DNA of 64,000 nucleotides from Amphiscolops sp. MND2022 (GCA_964187785.1 OZ076414.1:36022001-36086000), one strand, 5' to 3'; shown: positions 23,127-36,449, counted from the first letter of the stretch. Translations and numbers: made by a program. The notes: generated from the letters alone by a model not told the origin.

Positions 23127-24384
23127 TTCACCTGATTTATGTTTTGTTCGCTATAATTATTTCTTTCTTTGTTAAATAATTTCCGTAATTGGAATTGAGT
23201 CTTTTACTACTACTACTACTACTAAAACATAGACCTTGGGGAACCAAACAATTGTGAATGGGGTTGAAATGGTAGGTTTGCAAAAACCATCATCGTGGAG
23301 GCAAGGTAAAGTATGCACATGATAAATTATTTCGGTATCTTTATCATCATATGTTAATTTAATTTCACGAACGATTAAAGACCAACTATCTTTTTCGATA
23401 ATATTATCATAGCGATCCCAACAAACAGCTTTTTCTTTGAGGGTTGAATTTAAAACGAGTTGAGAGTTAGTTATCCAAGCAGAAGCACCATGTGAAATGT
23501 AATAAAATTAATTATTCGAAAACAGGGTGTTTAGTTTCAAGAAGGCGTTTCGTTTGAATATCATCAAAAAATGTAACGGAGTTGTCGTAAGGAAAAGCAT
23601 TAGGTTGAATGTTATCAGTGCCAGTTGGGTGACGGATAGCATGTTTGCATTCCGTGGGGTCTAGAGTACGAGGGCGTTCCATAGTATTTTGATGGTAATC
23701 AGTACGATCATGGCGGCGATATTTGTAATCGGATTGGCCACAAACATATTTTTCGCGTTTGACATGAGCTTCACAGGACCAAGCATTTCGGCGTTTAGCT
23801 TTAGACAAAAACGTTAGCAATAGCACGAGTGCTTTCAAATGCTGACGGGGCTTGATCACCTGGTTGTACTTGGGGTAAACTAAAATAGCGGAGGTTATTA
23901 ATTAGAACAATCATAGTGAGAAACTAAGAGGTCAGAAATATGGGGATCATTAGGTTCTACAATATGAGTAGAAGGATCAAGGGAGAGAATGAGGAGGAAA
24001 AATTATTGGGGAGGAGGAAAAGGAAAGAACTGAGTGTTTGAAGGAGGGAGACAGAGAAGAAATTAAAAACTGGGCAGTAAATTTGAGGAAGGTGAGTGTG
24101 TTTAAGAAAGTGATGGATCCGTGAAAAAGACGGAACGGAGGATTGTTGAAGAGTAAGGTGTGGATTTAAAATTGACAATCGTATGGAAGGGAGATGATGA
24201 GGACTTAAAAAATAGAATTTAGCAGTGATTTCGAATTTAGTTTCAAGGTTTGTAGTATCCAACTGGTGAATTTCTTTGCGACAACATTCGTCAGAAGTAT
24301 GTGTACTAGAGTTTAGTTTATGAGTGGCAAGATATAAAAATCAGGGATCTTGACGAGGACTAGTATCATGAGTAATATTGACAA

Positions 24385-24747
24385 CAAGACGCCCGCTAAG
24401 CACCGGGATTTTTTCCTCCCTTTTCGCCTTCATCACTTGAGCCATAGCTATTTTGGGTGGGGAATAGGATCTAAATAATAAGATCTAAAATTTAGTGATT
24501 TTGGATCATATTCCCTTTAGATCTTATTCCCGTCCTGGAATTTTAGATCTTTTTCCTTTGGATCTTAATCCCATTTTACCAAATTTCCACTTAAGAATCT
24601 TTTGGGTCTTTATTGCCACTGTAGTTACTTGACTCACAACCTACAGTGGTGAGTCAAGTGATGGAGCGTGGCGATTTGGCAGAATTTGGAAAAAAACGCA
24701 ACGCAGATGATGATTTTCCTCCCCATTGAAAATGTGGGTCGGAAAAT
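24385..24747. mobile_element. Insertion of about 360 bp into gypsy copy 1 (AGATCT-rich repeat plus Tc1/mariner-like TA-CAGTGG ends)
   Basis: Absent from the homologous position in copy 2 (~49826, tattgacaataggagaattatc); contains ccactg-ta (24616) and ta-cagtggtgagtcaag (24642). Confidence 0.55.
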
Positions 24748-26384
24748 AATAAAAGAATTATCAACACGATTATGTATTGGGGGAGGAGAGTATTGATCAG
24801 TGGTGAGATCAATATTGAAAAGATGAGAGTCGGAAGAAAGAACACTGGGATTTCGAGAAGTGGGTGAGATGATCGGTGTGATGAAAAGAAGAAAGTTAAG
24901 ATCATTGGGAAAGGCAACGTCAGCATCGGAGGTGTGAATGTTGTTACAAGACGAAAGACCTTGAGCGTGATGTCTTACTAAAGAAGAACATGTGCTAGCA
25001 AGTGAAAGAGAGAGAAGGAGAAAAAAGGATCATTTCGCAGATTATATTTATGACGAAGTTGTCCACGGGGAGTAGATGCAGAAGTGGAATCCAAAAGATT
25101 ATCTAGGGAGGAAGTGGTGTGTTTAGAAGCAGAATTAGAACGAGGAAGTCGAGGATAGAGAAGAGAAAAAAGAGTAGAATCAACGTCACCTAAAGAAAAT
25201 TTCTCACTGAGAGTTTCAAAAGGTTAAAGAACAGGAATTTTTGAAGGATTAGGAGGGGAAGAGAAGGTCCAGGTTCGGAGTGGGAACAAGGTTTAGGAGG
25301 AGGGAGAGAAGGATCAAATTGGGAATGCCTGCGGCGGCCTTTGATGGAGGTTGAGAAGGTCTTTGAGAAGAGTTAATGGTATCGGGAGAGACCGAAGAGG
25401 AAACAGAGGAGCTTGAGTTGGTAGAACTAAAAGATAAAGTGACAGGAGTATCTAGAATGGAAACAGGGGAGTAGGAAAATGGTTGAAGAAACGATGATCA
25501 ATAGGGTAGCTGAAGAGGTTGTTTTGGTATTTTTAAGAAGAATAGTATATTGTAATGTCAATGCAAATGATGACATTAGCCTCATCTTTATTGCCTGTTC
25601 AGTCAAAAGTTTAGAGCAAAATGAACAGAAAGGCAGTAAGAAGATGGCTAATGCAATTATAGGTTTCAAACTCGAAGCCAAATTAGGTGGCTAGACAGGA
25701 GACAATGACATGTCATTGAGTAGACGGGATACAATGACAGGTCTGACAAGTGATTCATTTAACGAAAGGGAGAAGAGTTTCAAGGTGAGAAACTAATGAT
25801 AGGTTTCGAGGTATTGTAGCTTTTAGAAGGAAGCGAGCGTAAACTATATGGGGAATGAGGAGCTCGAATAAATGTAGGTTTTGATAAGGAGGTTTTGATA
25901 AGGGAAGGAGGAAGGTTTTGATAAGAGAAGGAGGAAGGTTTTGATATGTAGGAGGAAGATGTGCGATTGAAATTGTTCAAATGGAATATTGTCATCATGG
26001 GGAGGAGAGTTAGAATGAACATCTTGGTAAGATTCAGTATCAGGAATACTGAGAAGAGAGGGTATTGATTGATATCGAGGGAGATATGAAAAATATTAGG
26101 TTCTTTAGGAAAATATGGTAAAATATAGTTTCTTATGAGTATGGAATGTGGAACCATCTTGGGTCATAAGTTCGTAGGTGACATCAGAGAGATGTTGTAA
26201 AGTTTTATATGGACCCAAACGAAGAAGTTTGAGTTTATTTGACAATTTAACAGGTTTGAAATAAGTGTCTATGACAAAGGTGTTAAGAAAGAGTTGTTTT
26301 AAATTTGTGATTCAGTAGAATAAATTTCTATCATAGCAAGTTGAGCAGAGAGGAGCCATGCAGAGATAGGTTTGGTTTTGAGTG

Positions 26385-28260
26385 AAGGAAACAAGCCGGG
26401 AACGGCCCAAGTAGGCGCCATATCCAAGGCTCAAAAATAGCAAAAGGACTTCAAATTTCCAAGTATTGGTGAATTGGGAACACTTTTACGAAAAAGTTTT
26501 CTTTCGAAAAAAGTCCCACAATCCCGAAAAAAACTGAAAGAGAGGACCCTTTGGTCTCGTCCGGTATTGTATGTTACGCGGGAAACCATTTTGGTTCAGT
26601 TCCTTGGGCCACCAGGTACATTTTGGCGTCTTCTGTAAATGTTTTAAAACTTCTAGTAGAACTATTTTGGTCAGTTCAGGTCTCTTTTGGTCTTAAAAAA
26701 ACACTGACGAAAAGCCATGACTATAGAGAAAAGCGCCGACTAAAAATGGATTGAGATCATTACGACGCCAAATGGGGAACTTTTGACTGCAACAGATCTG
26801 TTGCAGTGTGGTGTGGATTCTTCACATCGATTATATTACGTGGGTTTTCAAGAATTGAGGAAAATGGAGTGAAACAATTTTCTGGATTCTTGCACTAATA
26901 CCTGCGTAACCTGCGAAGAATTGCCGAAACAAAATTTTCACTGTTTTCCTGAACTCTTGAAATTTTGTGGATTCTTCGTTTTAGCAATTATTAGCAAATA
27001 TTAGTTTGCGGGGATTCTTCACTAATTAGGTCACTTAATTGAGTTACTAAATTTTTGTGATTTCTTCGTTTCGTATGAATTCACAGAAATACCATAAACA
27101 AAATTTGTGGATTCTTCCTTTTTTATTTGAAGAATTTTGTTGAATATGTTGATATGGTTTTCACAATGAAAATCCCCCGTTTGCCGAATTCTAAAAAATT
27201 CCTATTAATTGTAACGAAACAAATGATTTTGTAACGACTCCAGGAGCGTTTAAGTAGAATGTTTAAAAGAGATACCCCCCACCCCAGTTTGTCAAATTTA
27301 AAAAAATCCCTTTTTCTAAATGTAATGAAGCTTGAGCCCCAACTTTAGTTGTGGAAAAATATTTATCGGTGGAAAGAAAGTTCAAAACTTTTCCTGTTTA
27401 AATATAAATATCTCATATAACAAGAAGGTAAATTTGTTGGGGAGATGGTTTTCAAATTCGATTTTAATTCTTAAATTAAGTTCCGGGGGGACCGGGGAAG
27501 GTTCTAAACGTCTCCTGGTTTTTTAAAATAAATTTCTCACATGAAGAAACTTCATATCAACTGTAATGAAACAGTTAATTTTGAAACAACTACAGGAGCG
27601 CTAAAATAAAAGGTATCAACCAGGACTGGGTATGCAGGGATCTTATGTGTTGCGAATGATCTTTCCACAACAGCCCTTGGAATAGAAAACAATAAAGACG
27701 TGGCATTCCAAATATCAATTCCCGCAGATGAAAAAGGATGCCATGAGTCATGGGACACTGTGTTGGGCAAATTGTGGGACAGGAAGGCTGGCGGTTATAG
27801 CGAGACAGACAAATTCATCAAGTGGATGAGATTCATGACAAAAAAATCTTTTGCTGTATCGTTGATAAAATGCAGCGTTGTAGTAATCGGTGGTGTTTAC
27901 CCAGTCACGAAGTACAGGGAGATCATTCGACGAAATATGGCTGCAGATATGGAAGAAAACTTCCTTTTGTTCACAATGTATTGCAGTCAATTCTTTTAAA
28001 ACTTTTTAGTTTTCAAACCTTTAAAAGGTTGTTTTTTTCATTGTAATCAAATCTTTTTGTGCTGCATGAAACATTCATAAAACAAAATATTCTCCTCGTT
28101 TGAAAGTTGACAGTAAGAAAAAGTTATTAAAAGCGATGTACGCTCCTGGAGTCGTTACATTGTTAATTTGGAAATGTTGTTTAAAGTATAAATATTTCAA
28201 CAAAAAACTCTGAAAAATGATATTTCAATTTGAACCTACGTCTCATTCTGACAATTTCCT
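26385..28260. mobile_element. Composite non-gypsy insertion in the integrase C-terminal region of copy 1
   Basis: Homology to copy 2 breaks after gtttggttttgagtga and resumes near 28290; contains a ggaccctttgg repeat also seen near 62860, and a TIR-bounded element. Confidence 0.55.
27230..28159. mobile_element. 930-bp non-autonomous element bounded by perfect 19-bp terminal inverted repeats
   Basis: TGTAACGACTCCAGGAGCG at 27230-27248 and CGCTCCTGGAGTCGTTACA at 28141-28159; no clear TSD. Confidence 0.75.
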
Positions 28261-31200
28261 ATTCCTTTCAACTCTTTTGTCCTTTTGTAAGAAAAGACAG
28301 AGGTGAGTGCCAAGAATTCGATTCTGAACTTCGACTAAGCCATTTGTCCAAGGGGAATATGGCGTGCGTGGTGAATGTTTTTTAATAAATAAAGAACAAT
28401 AGTGAGTGATATCTTGGTTAATGTATTCAGTACCTCGATCAGTGACGAGATTTTGAGGCGGGCCAAATTTAGTAATCCAATGATGGAGTAGTTTTTAAAG
28501 AGCATACTTAGAGGAAATTTCAGGAGCAGGGTTAGTGACAACCAAATGACTGAAAGCGTCGATTATGACAAAAATGTAGGAAATACCTTGGGATAAGGGG
28601 GGGAACAGGTGCTTGAGTGTCCAAAAATGTTCTGTAATTGAAGTGAAATGCTTTTCATAAAAACTACTGGAGGAGACATATTGGTAGGTTTTTCAGGAAA
28701 GTGTTTGTTTGTTTGGCATTCAATGCAGCAGCAGCATAAAAGAGTTTAAATGGTAAACAGATACGAGTTTGGTTAATAGCAGGATGAGTTCTGATGAAGA
28801 ATTCTTCGAAAATGCAAGAATTTTGAGTGTAGTATTGAACGAGGTTTGAATTCGGCTCAATATATAAATGTTGCAACTGTTTATAAAAAGTATGGGAGAA
28901 AGAGTTAGCTTTAATAATTAGAGTTACCGAGGGGTGCTTTGTGTATCTTTTAACCATGTATATACAGTAGAGAGGACCGGATCATCGTTTTGAGATTGAA
29001 GAAAAGTGGGTATTGTTAAAAAGGTGTCAGAGGTACGAATGAAAATTTCAGTGAGCAAAGAAGGAGGGATCAAAACATGGCAGTGAGTTTGTAGATGTAG
29101 ATTCAATGGGAGTTTGAATTATAGCATAAGAGTGAGAGATTTCAGTAAGAAAAGCAAAGTCAATTTTGGATTTTATAGTCTGAGTCTTTCCGATATTAAG
29201 AAGAGTATTGTGAGAGAGGAGATAATCATCAAATTGGTGGTGTTGGATTTCAGCTAGGAGAGAGTGGATAACATGAGATGACTGAGGTTGTTGTGTTTTT
29301 TGGTGGGTACTGCTCTTAATACTTCGTCTAAACCAGTTTCCTTTAGAAGAGGGTTTTCTTGGAGTAATGTTTCAACTTTATTCTTCATGGGTTTTTGTAT
29401 TCATTCAAAAAGGATGAAGCAGATTTAAAGGATAATGAGTCTAGAGTAGTATAAGTAACAGTGTTACCTTTGTCGAAAATACGAAGTGTAAATTGATCTT
29501 CACCGAAATCAAATAAGGTTGGGTGAGAATAATTTTTGTGAGTTGTCTTCATGTTTAACAAGGTAGTGGATTTGTTTTATTAAATCATTGGGTTTGAGTC
29601 GAATGAAATCAGTATGACAAGGAAGTGTTTTATGAATTGACACATTTGGTTAGTAATTTGAGAAAAATATCGACTGAGCTTATCAGCAATAGTTAGATTG
29701 GTTCCAGCTGTATGAACTTTTCAAAAATTTGATAGTTAGTTTATTACCTTTTAGGCTTTATATTGTCTTGGGGTGACTTTTCATTTGCGGGTAAAGAAAA
29801 AAAGGATAGGATTGTGACCTGTAAATACAATGATTGGAAACTTAGAACCAATGAGTAGAAATTCATTTTGTGAGAGGAGAGAGCGAAAGGTATAGCACAA
29901 ATTTCTTTATCATATGTAGAGAGTTTTGTTCTTCTTGGGTGCTTAGATTGCGAGAGTTATAAGATAATACTTGCATTTTGTTATCGGTGTTGGGTTGAAA
30001 CAATATTGCACCTAAACCAATAAAGAAAACGTCAACGGTATTATAAAATGGATGAGTGGTATTAGGAATTGCAAGTTCAGCATCTTCTGAAAGAGAAGCG
30101 TTGATTTCATTAAAACGTTTGCCTAATTCTGGAGTCCATTCATAGGAAATATTGTCATTAAGGAGAGTATAAAATGGTTTGGAGTAAAAGTTCGTGGAGC
30201 CAATGAATCGTATTAGTTCCGTTTTAGAATTGGGAGTTTTCAATTTGTGAATAGCATCAACTTTGGATGAAATTGGTTTATCAGACTTTCTTTTCAGGAG
30301 CTATTTTAAGATTATTGGAGCTACAGATCTGGTGTAACTGCTCAAAAAAATCTAATATATGAGTTTTGGTATGAGCAAGAAGGAGAATATCATCAATATA
30401 AACAAGTGCAATGACTTGATTAATGAGCATTTGGAAAAATGAGTACTTTTGTTTGTTTAAAAAATTAGGGAGTCCTTTAAGGCTACAGAATATTCGAACA
30501 AACGCAAAGAGTTTATCTCCAGTGGAGAAACTAGTAGGAGAGATGGTTTCTTCATCTAGAGGGACATGAGCATAGCATACTTGAGGTCAACTGCAGATTT
30601 GAATTTTTGTTTGCAGGAGCAAGTTTAGGAACCAGAGGTTCGTTATGCCAAGATTCAAAGAATTAGAGTGTAAGAGTTTAAATGTCGAACGTCAAGAACT
30701 ACTTTTATTATGTTTCCTTTAGGGTTCAAAGAGAGATTCCAAAAAGTTGGTACAATAAATGGATTTATCAGAGGGGTTAGAGTCAATTTTTCTAATATTA
30801 TTATGGTGTTCGAGTTAATCGAGTGTTTTTTCAAGTCTATCTCTTAATGGATTGAGATTTTAGTGGGTCGTTGAAAATAGAGCTTAGCATTTGGTTTGAC
30901 GCGGAGTCTAAAAAGAGTGGCTATTTTACCAACATCGTTACGATGAGTAGCAAAACAGTGTTGATATTTATTCAAAAGGGAGCAAAGTTTCAAGTATTCG
31001 TCATCAGTAACGTCAGAATATTGAAATTTGATTTTTTGAGAGATTGTTGAACATCTGGAGAGTATGGTAAAGATGAAAGAAGACGATTTCAAAATTGAGA
31101 GGGTTGTAAAGTATCGATTTCATTAGATCTTTTTGGAGACGAACGAGGAACAGGAGGGTTTGGTTCGGAAAGAACAGGGTAGTATGTATGAAATATGGTG

Positions 31201-31265
31201 TGTATCAAAGAATTGACATTTTTAACTTTATAATGTGGTGGTTTTATATTAGTTGCAGGAACTTC

Positions 31266-31410
31266 AATATAACCAATGTATCGTGGTGACAGGACAGCTG
31301 AATGATGAGTAATATTTTGAATTATGACTGAACAACTCTGTTGTTCAGTCATAATTCAAAATATTACTCATCATTCAGCTGCCCTGTCACCAGGATACAT
31401 TGGTTATATT
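31266..31410. repeat. 145-bp fold-back palindrome (71-bp arms, 2 mismatches, 3-nt loop)
   Basis: aatataaccaatgtatc...ctgaacaac-tct-gttgttcag...gatacattggttatatt. Confidence 0.95.
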
Positions 31411-34400
31411 ACTGTAGTTTGATCACTACGCGAAACGCCAAATCACACAGTGTAACGAGTAAAACTCGTAACGCGTATCAGAAACAATAACGCGTTTCTA
31501 TTGGCTGTTAATCGAACTAGCAAGATCTTGCTAGTTCGTTGCGGCATATATATCGTAATGCTGTTGGGTTCGGTTTTAAGATTTTGATAATCTTGGAGAA
31601 AATTGAAGGTGGAGTTGAAACGAGTATTAAAACATGGATGTGGGGTTGATGGAATAATGATATCATTTTCAGAGGTATGAAATGTTGAAAGAAGAGTAGG
31701 TTCAATTGGAAAGTGAGTGACTTAAGAGGCGTTTTGCTTAAAACATATTTTGTGTTTAACCTTAATTGTATACGTATAAGAGAAATACGGATAGTCTTTT
31801 TCTTCATGAGCTGTAAAAGGAAGAGTGTTTACGCCAGATTCAAGATTCATGAGGTGTAATAAAAGTGAGACACATATGTACATGGACAAAAGTTTTTACA
31901 TTTACATGTTTTCGAAGAAAGGAGTTTCAAGAAGATCTTATTTGATTATTGCAACAGCAAATCGGATGCCAAGAGTACGAGTACTTCCATCATTAGAGGT
32001 ATGAAGCGTAAGAGTTACATCGCATTAAATAGGGACTTCAGTTTCATTAGCGACTGTGTCAGAGTTTTTAATTCATCATTAATAGGGGTTGTTTTAGAAC
32101 ATTTGAGAAAATGATCAGCTAAGATTGTGAAAGTGGGGAGATTCAAAACACAGATAGAGGCACCGCTATCTACTAGGAATAACAGTTCTAATTTTGAAGG
32201 TGGAGAGGTGTCTTCAGGTGGTTTAAAAGTGTAGAGATTGACAGACCAAGTTGAAGGAGTGATAGCGTTATCTTGGTTAATTGAACTTTAAGAACATGTG
32301 GAGGTGTTTGGATGATACATCTTTCTTTCAAATGTAGGTTGTTTAGAGAGAGAGAGAGAGATGAATATTGGGATCTGGTTGTTGAGTAAAATTGATAGTA
32401 GGTTTATATTGGGCATTTGAATAATTCCATTAGTAATGGTGAGAGCGGCTTCGGTAGCGATCAGAGCGTGGTTTAGAAGGACAGCAGTATGGTGATTTAT
32501 AGCCTCCAAAACAAGAGATTTTATAGTTAGAAGAGCGTTCACGGGAACGAGGGTAAGATTTATATTGACTACGAGGTCAGGTTGAATTAGTATGAGGGCG
32601 AGAATGACAATTTTGAGCGTGAGGAGGAGTTTTGTTTTGTTGATCATATCGAGATCGATCACGATCATAATAAGGAACATGGTTCTGAGAAGAGTGGTTA
32701 TGATAACATTTTGGACGAGAATTTGATCGAGAATGAGACCGGGTTTCTCGTGAGAATCTTCTAAAATGGTTACTATTGCTACGACTACGGTAACGAGGAG
32801 TTTCATTATCATATTTATTGGAGGGTGTTTTAAAAGGTTAATAAAAGGAAGGAGTAGGTGATTTAGATCGAAGTTTAGATTCTTTTAGCATATTGATTCT
32901 TCGAAATCATGTTGATAGAGGATGATTCTTTTCTTGACAAATGTTGCCGTTTTTATTAAATTGCAGTTCAAAGTTGTTATTAGGAACTACAGCTTGTATT
33001 TGTAAAGTTTCAGAAGGTTTATTGGTCAAGGAGGTATTTTGGTTGAAGGTATCGGAAAGAGTGTTAATTTCAAGCGAAGTTCTTGTGCTTTTACATTTTT
33101 GAGTGTGATATCCTCGGAATCAACCATATTGACGAGAGCGTGAAAAGGAATGGAAGGTTCATGGGAACTTGAAATATGTTTAACTTGGCGTTTATTGGCG
33201 AAATCGTTGATTTTTTTGAAGACGACGAGTAATTATTTCATTACATTTAAGATTTATGGTGGATGGGTATTCGATGTACCAGCCTTGTTTGACAAGAGTG
33301 TCAACTGTTAAAGCATAGTGTCGAACATTCTCACTTTTTTCAACGATAGAAAGTGCCTCAAGTTGGGCATGATTTGCATGCTTTTGACAATAAAATTGTT
33401 TTTTGAAAATTTGGAGGAAAGATCGTTTTTAAATTCTTGAGGGAGGCGGTCATACCAATTAGAGGCAGTTCCTGTGAGGGAACAGTGAAGGAGAGAAATA
33501 CCTCTGGAGTGCCAGGTTAAATAAGGTTGTATATTAAGGTGTTGAGGTCCCAGTTCAAATGTTACACGTGCGCTAAGACGAGCTAAGAGTTTTTCAGGAG
33601 GATACGTATGATCCAAGCCATCAAAAAGTTTAAAAGGATCTGAGAGAGCAGCAAAAGGAATCGAAGGAATCATTAGTAAACCAGGAGAAGAAGGTAGAGA
33701 AGTGAGAGTATTGAAAGGATGAGTAGATGTTTGAGGCGGTGGGCAAGGGTTAGGAGGAAGATTAGGAGGTTGAAAAGAAGAAACAGGGAAATTTTGAAAA
33801 CTAGGATGAAGTGATGAATAAGGGTCATGAGATATGGAGCCAGGAGGTAGATTTGATGTTTGGGGAAGGTTTTGGGAAGTAGGCAAGGGAAATGGATGGT
33901 TCGAATTAGAGGAGAGAGTTTGCGGAAGAGATGTGTTAGAAGAGTGAGATTGCAATTGCGTAGTAATTACAGAGGTGAAAGAAAGAGAATTTGGATGGGA
34001 GGTTGGTGTATTTGAGAATGAAGTTGTTGGTTGAATAGGTATTGTGTTGTTATTCGCCGGTGGGGGTGTGTTTGAAGGAGTATTATATTGGAGTGTGGAA
34101 TGAGAAGTAGAGGGTTGAGTAGTGACAGGAGTTTTAGAATGAGGAATAGAATTTCAAGGAGGTAAAGGGGGTGGGTTAAGATTAGGAGGAAGATTACCAA
34201 TAGGGTGTGTGTTTACTAACACAATAGAAGTCGAAGGGATAGTTTGGCGTGAATTATGAGAATAGGTATCTGAAGCAAGCGTTTGAGGAAGGTTTGTATA
34301 ACATGGTCTGACGGGGGGAAGAAGTTCAAGACTTTTGTTATTACTATGAGTATCATTAGTGAGGAATTCAAAATGAGGGACGAGGAAATCAGGGAAATCA

Positions 34401-35869
34401 TAAAAAGAAGGGTCTTGATTTTCAGAGCTGGCGATAAAACGAAGGAGTTCATCTTTAGAATATTGAGAAGCAAAATTAGTACAAGCATCTTGGAGTTTCG
34501 AATCCCAAATGAGTCAATAATTGTGTCTAAAATTTTTCTGAGAAACAAGGAGTATATTTTAAATTGTTCTTTAGTCTGAGTGTTTGAGGTGAGTTTTTGA
34601 AAGAATTGATATTGGATGTGGTGAAGAATATCTGTGACAAGCCAATGATTTCAACATGCCTCATTCTTCTACAAGAGGTTTTTCAGGAAAGTTGTGAAAA
34701 TAAGTGCGATGGGAAAGTAATTATTAGAGGGGTAAATGCTTTTACGAATTGTAGGTTGAAGAGGAGAGGTGAAAAGTATAGAGAAATGAGGTTCATCAGA
34801 AGTGGTAGTTAGAGAATGGGAGTCAATGTAATAAAGATAGGAGTCGTGATTTTCACGAATATCAAAATAGTACAAATATCTTCAGGTAGGTTTCAAAATA
34901 AAGAGAAACAGTGCAGTTACAGATGTGGGTGTTAAAATGTGGGATTTTTCGCGAGAGAGGTGAGAACGGGAGGGATCGACTGCAAATGGGAACGGAATCC
35001 GAGAAAGAAACATCGGATCAGCCATTAGAATTATTGATGATGGTGAAAAATTAGTGAAATACGATCGAGAAGATCAGGATCAACACGTTGTTCAGCAGGA
35101 GGTGGTGGAGTAATAAAATGATAGAGTTTTTGGCGAAAATCGGTATAATAGGGGAGGAGTTTACGGTAGAGAAAAAAAAGAGGCAAGAAAAAGAATTGAA
35201 GAAATGAGGAGTAGTTGGAAACTTGCAAAGAGAGGGTGTGGATTCAAAAGAAAAAAAACATAAATGAGAGAATGAGTAAAATTAAGGGAAGTTTGGTAGA
35301 AGGCGAAAAGAGTCAACAGAAAAAAGGCAATTGTAAAAATGTGTGGAGTATTGTGAAGAGATAGGATTAAAAGTTTTTGAGTAGTGGTTAAAGACGATGG
35401 GGGTATGAGTAAGATTGATGGAGGGTGATGTTTGTTACAAGAGATTAGAGTCATGGGAACCAAAAGGAAATGGGAATTTGGTAGGGAAATGTGGGAGATT
35501 GAAAAGAAAACGAGGTGTGGGAAAGGAGAGTGGCTTAGAAGGATTAAGTTTAAATGAAAACTGTGATGAGTAGTTTTTTCAACAAGAAGCATAAGAAAAA
35601 CAAGCATAGCAAAGATGTCTGAGACTGAAAGAAATATTGTAGCAAGGATTTCGGTGAGAAACATTGATTTAAAAGTGAAAACGTTGTCGAGGAAGGAAAT
35701 CAATCATGAATTTGTCGACGACGAGAAAACCAATTGCAAGTAGGCCACAAAGATACAATATAATCATTAGTTCACACGGAGTCATTAGGCTTTGCAAATT
35801 CAAGTTTAATATTTATAGAAAAGAGGGGGTAAAATAGGTGTACTGACGAAAGGTCGAATCAAGAGGTTA

Positions 35870-36200
35870 GCACTATGAAGTACCGACAAAAGTCGAACCA
35901 ACTTGATTAGAACGAAAGAGTTGGTGTACCAGCGCGTAGCTGAATCACTTTGATAGTGATTAGTACAGAAGAAATGGTTGTACCAGATTCGAGGCTGAAT
36001 CACTTTTCTATTAGTACAGACGGATTTGATGTACCGACTAAGAGATCGAATCACTTTGAATGTAGTACAGAAGGATTGATGTACCGGCATTTATGTCGAA
36101 CCACTTTTGTTTGTGATTAGTACCGAAGAAATGAAGACTTTTGTACCGATTTAAAAATCTCGAATCACGTATGTGAGTAGTACAGAAAAGTGTTTGTCGA
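35870..36200. repeat. Array of ~50-55-bp degenerate repeats in the gypsy 5' leader (also at ~40745-41075 and ~59090-59410)
   Basis: Recurrent tagtacagaa...gtaccg...cgaa(t/c)cact units, about 6 copies. Confidence 0.8.
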
Positions 36201-36247
36201 GTAGAAAAGTGAAAGAAAGAAAGAGTCGCATCAGTCTTGGTCGCATC

Positions 36248-36443
36248 AGTTAAAGAACTTATAGTTTTTGGATTGAAGAAGTTTCCAGATCTTAAAAAGA
36301 TTATTTCAAAAGAACACTACTTTAAAGAGACGCTAACAGAGCTGCAGTATTAGGTCTTAAGGGAAGACAACTTGATTGTGAAGAGTTAGTTTCGTTGTGT
36401 CAAGATATAAATCAGAATCGTGAATGATTGAATAAAGATTACA
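36248..36443 (-). repeat. 5' LTR of copy 1, internally deleted relative to copy 2; duplicated at 41122-41317
   Basis: Minus strand reads TGTAATC...TTTAACT, followed by a mutated, tandemly duplicated PBS (TGATGCGACC). Confidence 0.7.
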
Positions 36444-36449
36444 GGTATA

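Larger units (their letters stand above)
19370..23222 (+). mobile_element. Intact, apparently full-length non-LTR retrotransposon (CR1/L2-type LINE)
   Basis: PHD-containing ORF1 plus APE-RT ORF2; (TAC)6 3' tail at 23205-23222; putative TSD TAAAA (19365-19369 and 23223-23227); flanks rejoin into the env sequence seen uninterrupted at ~48640-48660. Confidence 0.95.
17781..23950 (-). pseudogene. env: Class III fusion glycoprotein-like env of copy 1, split by the LINE at 19370-23222
   Basis: WSCEAHVKREKYVCGQ...TLDPTECKHAIRH (ORF 23512-23859) and LYVEGCTAWLYDCPQHLSPLYIAEQGYDKIPVSYFDTVMYVDPITR...IPC (~18850-19030); hydrophobic TM-like segment near 18400-18480. Confidence 0.7.
17781..36443 (-). mobile_element. 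Ty3/gypsy LTR retrotransposon with env, copy 1: decayed, 3'-truncated, carrying nested insertions
   Basis: Minus strand: 5' LTR 36248-36443; gag-like P/S/T-rich region; protease LVDSGA (~32160-32177); RT VYIDDI (~30386-30403); RNase H region; integrase LVTDRGTEY (~28427-28453) and SPWTNGLVEVQN; then env. Confidence 0.9.

Noticed and set aside
33308-33955. 215-aa P/S-rich ORF (and twin at 38183-38830) as a standalone gene
   Set aside because: It is a frameshifted piece of gypsy gag (LFDGLDHTYPPEK...SLTGTASNWY), homologous to 56600-57509
35870-36200. CRISPR-like appearance of the leader repeat array
   Set aside because: Repeats are degenerate with no unique spacers, the context is eukaryotic and there are no cas genes
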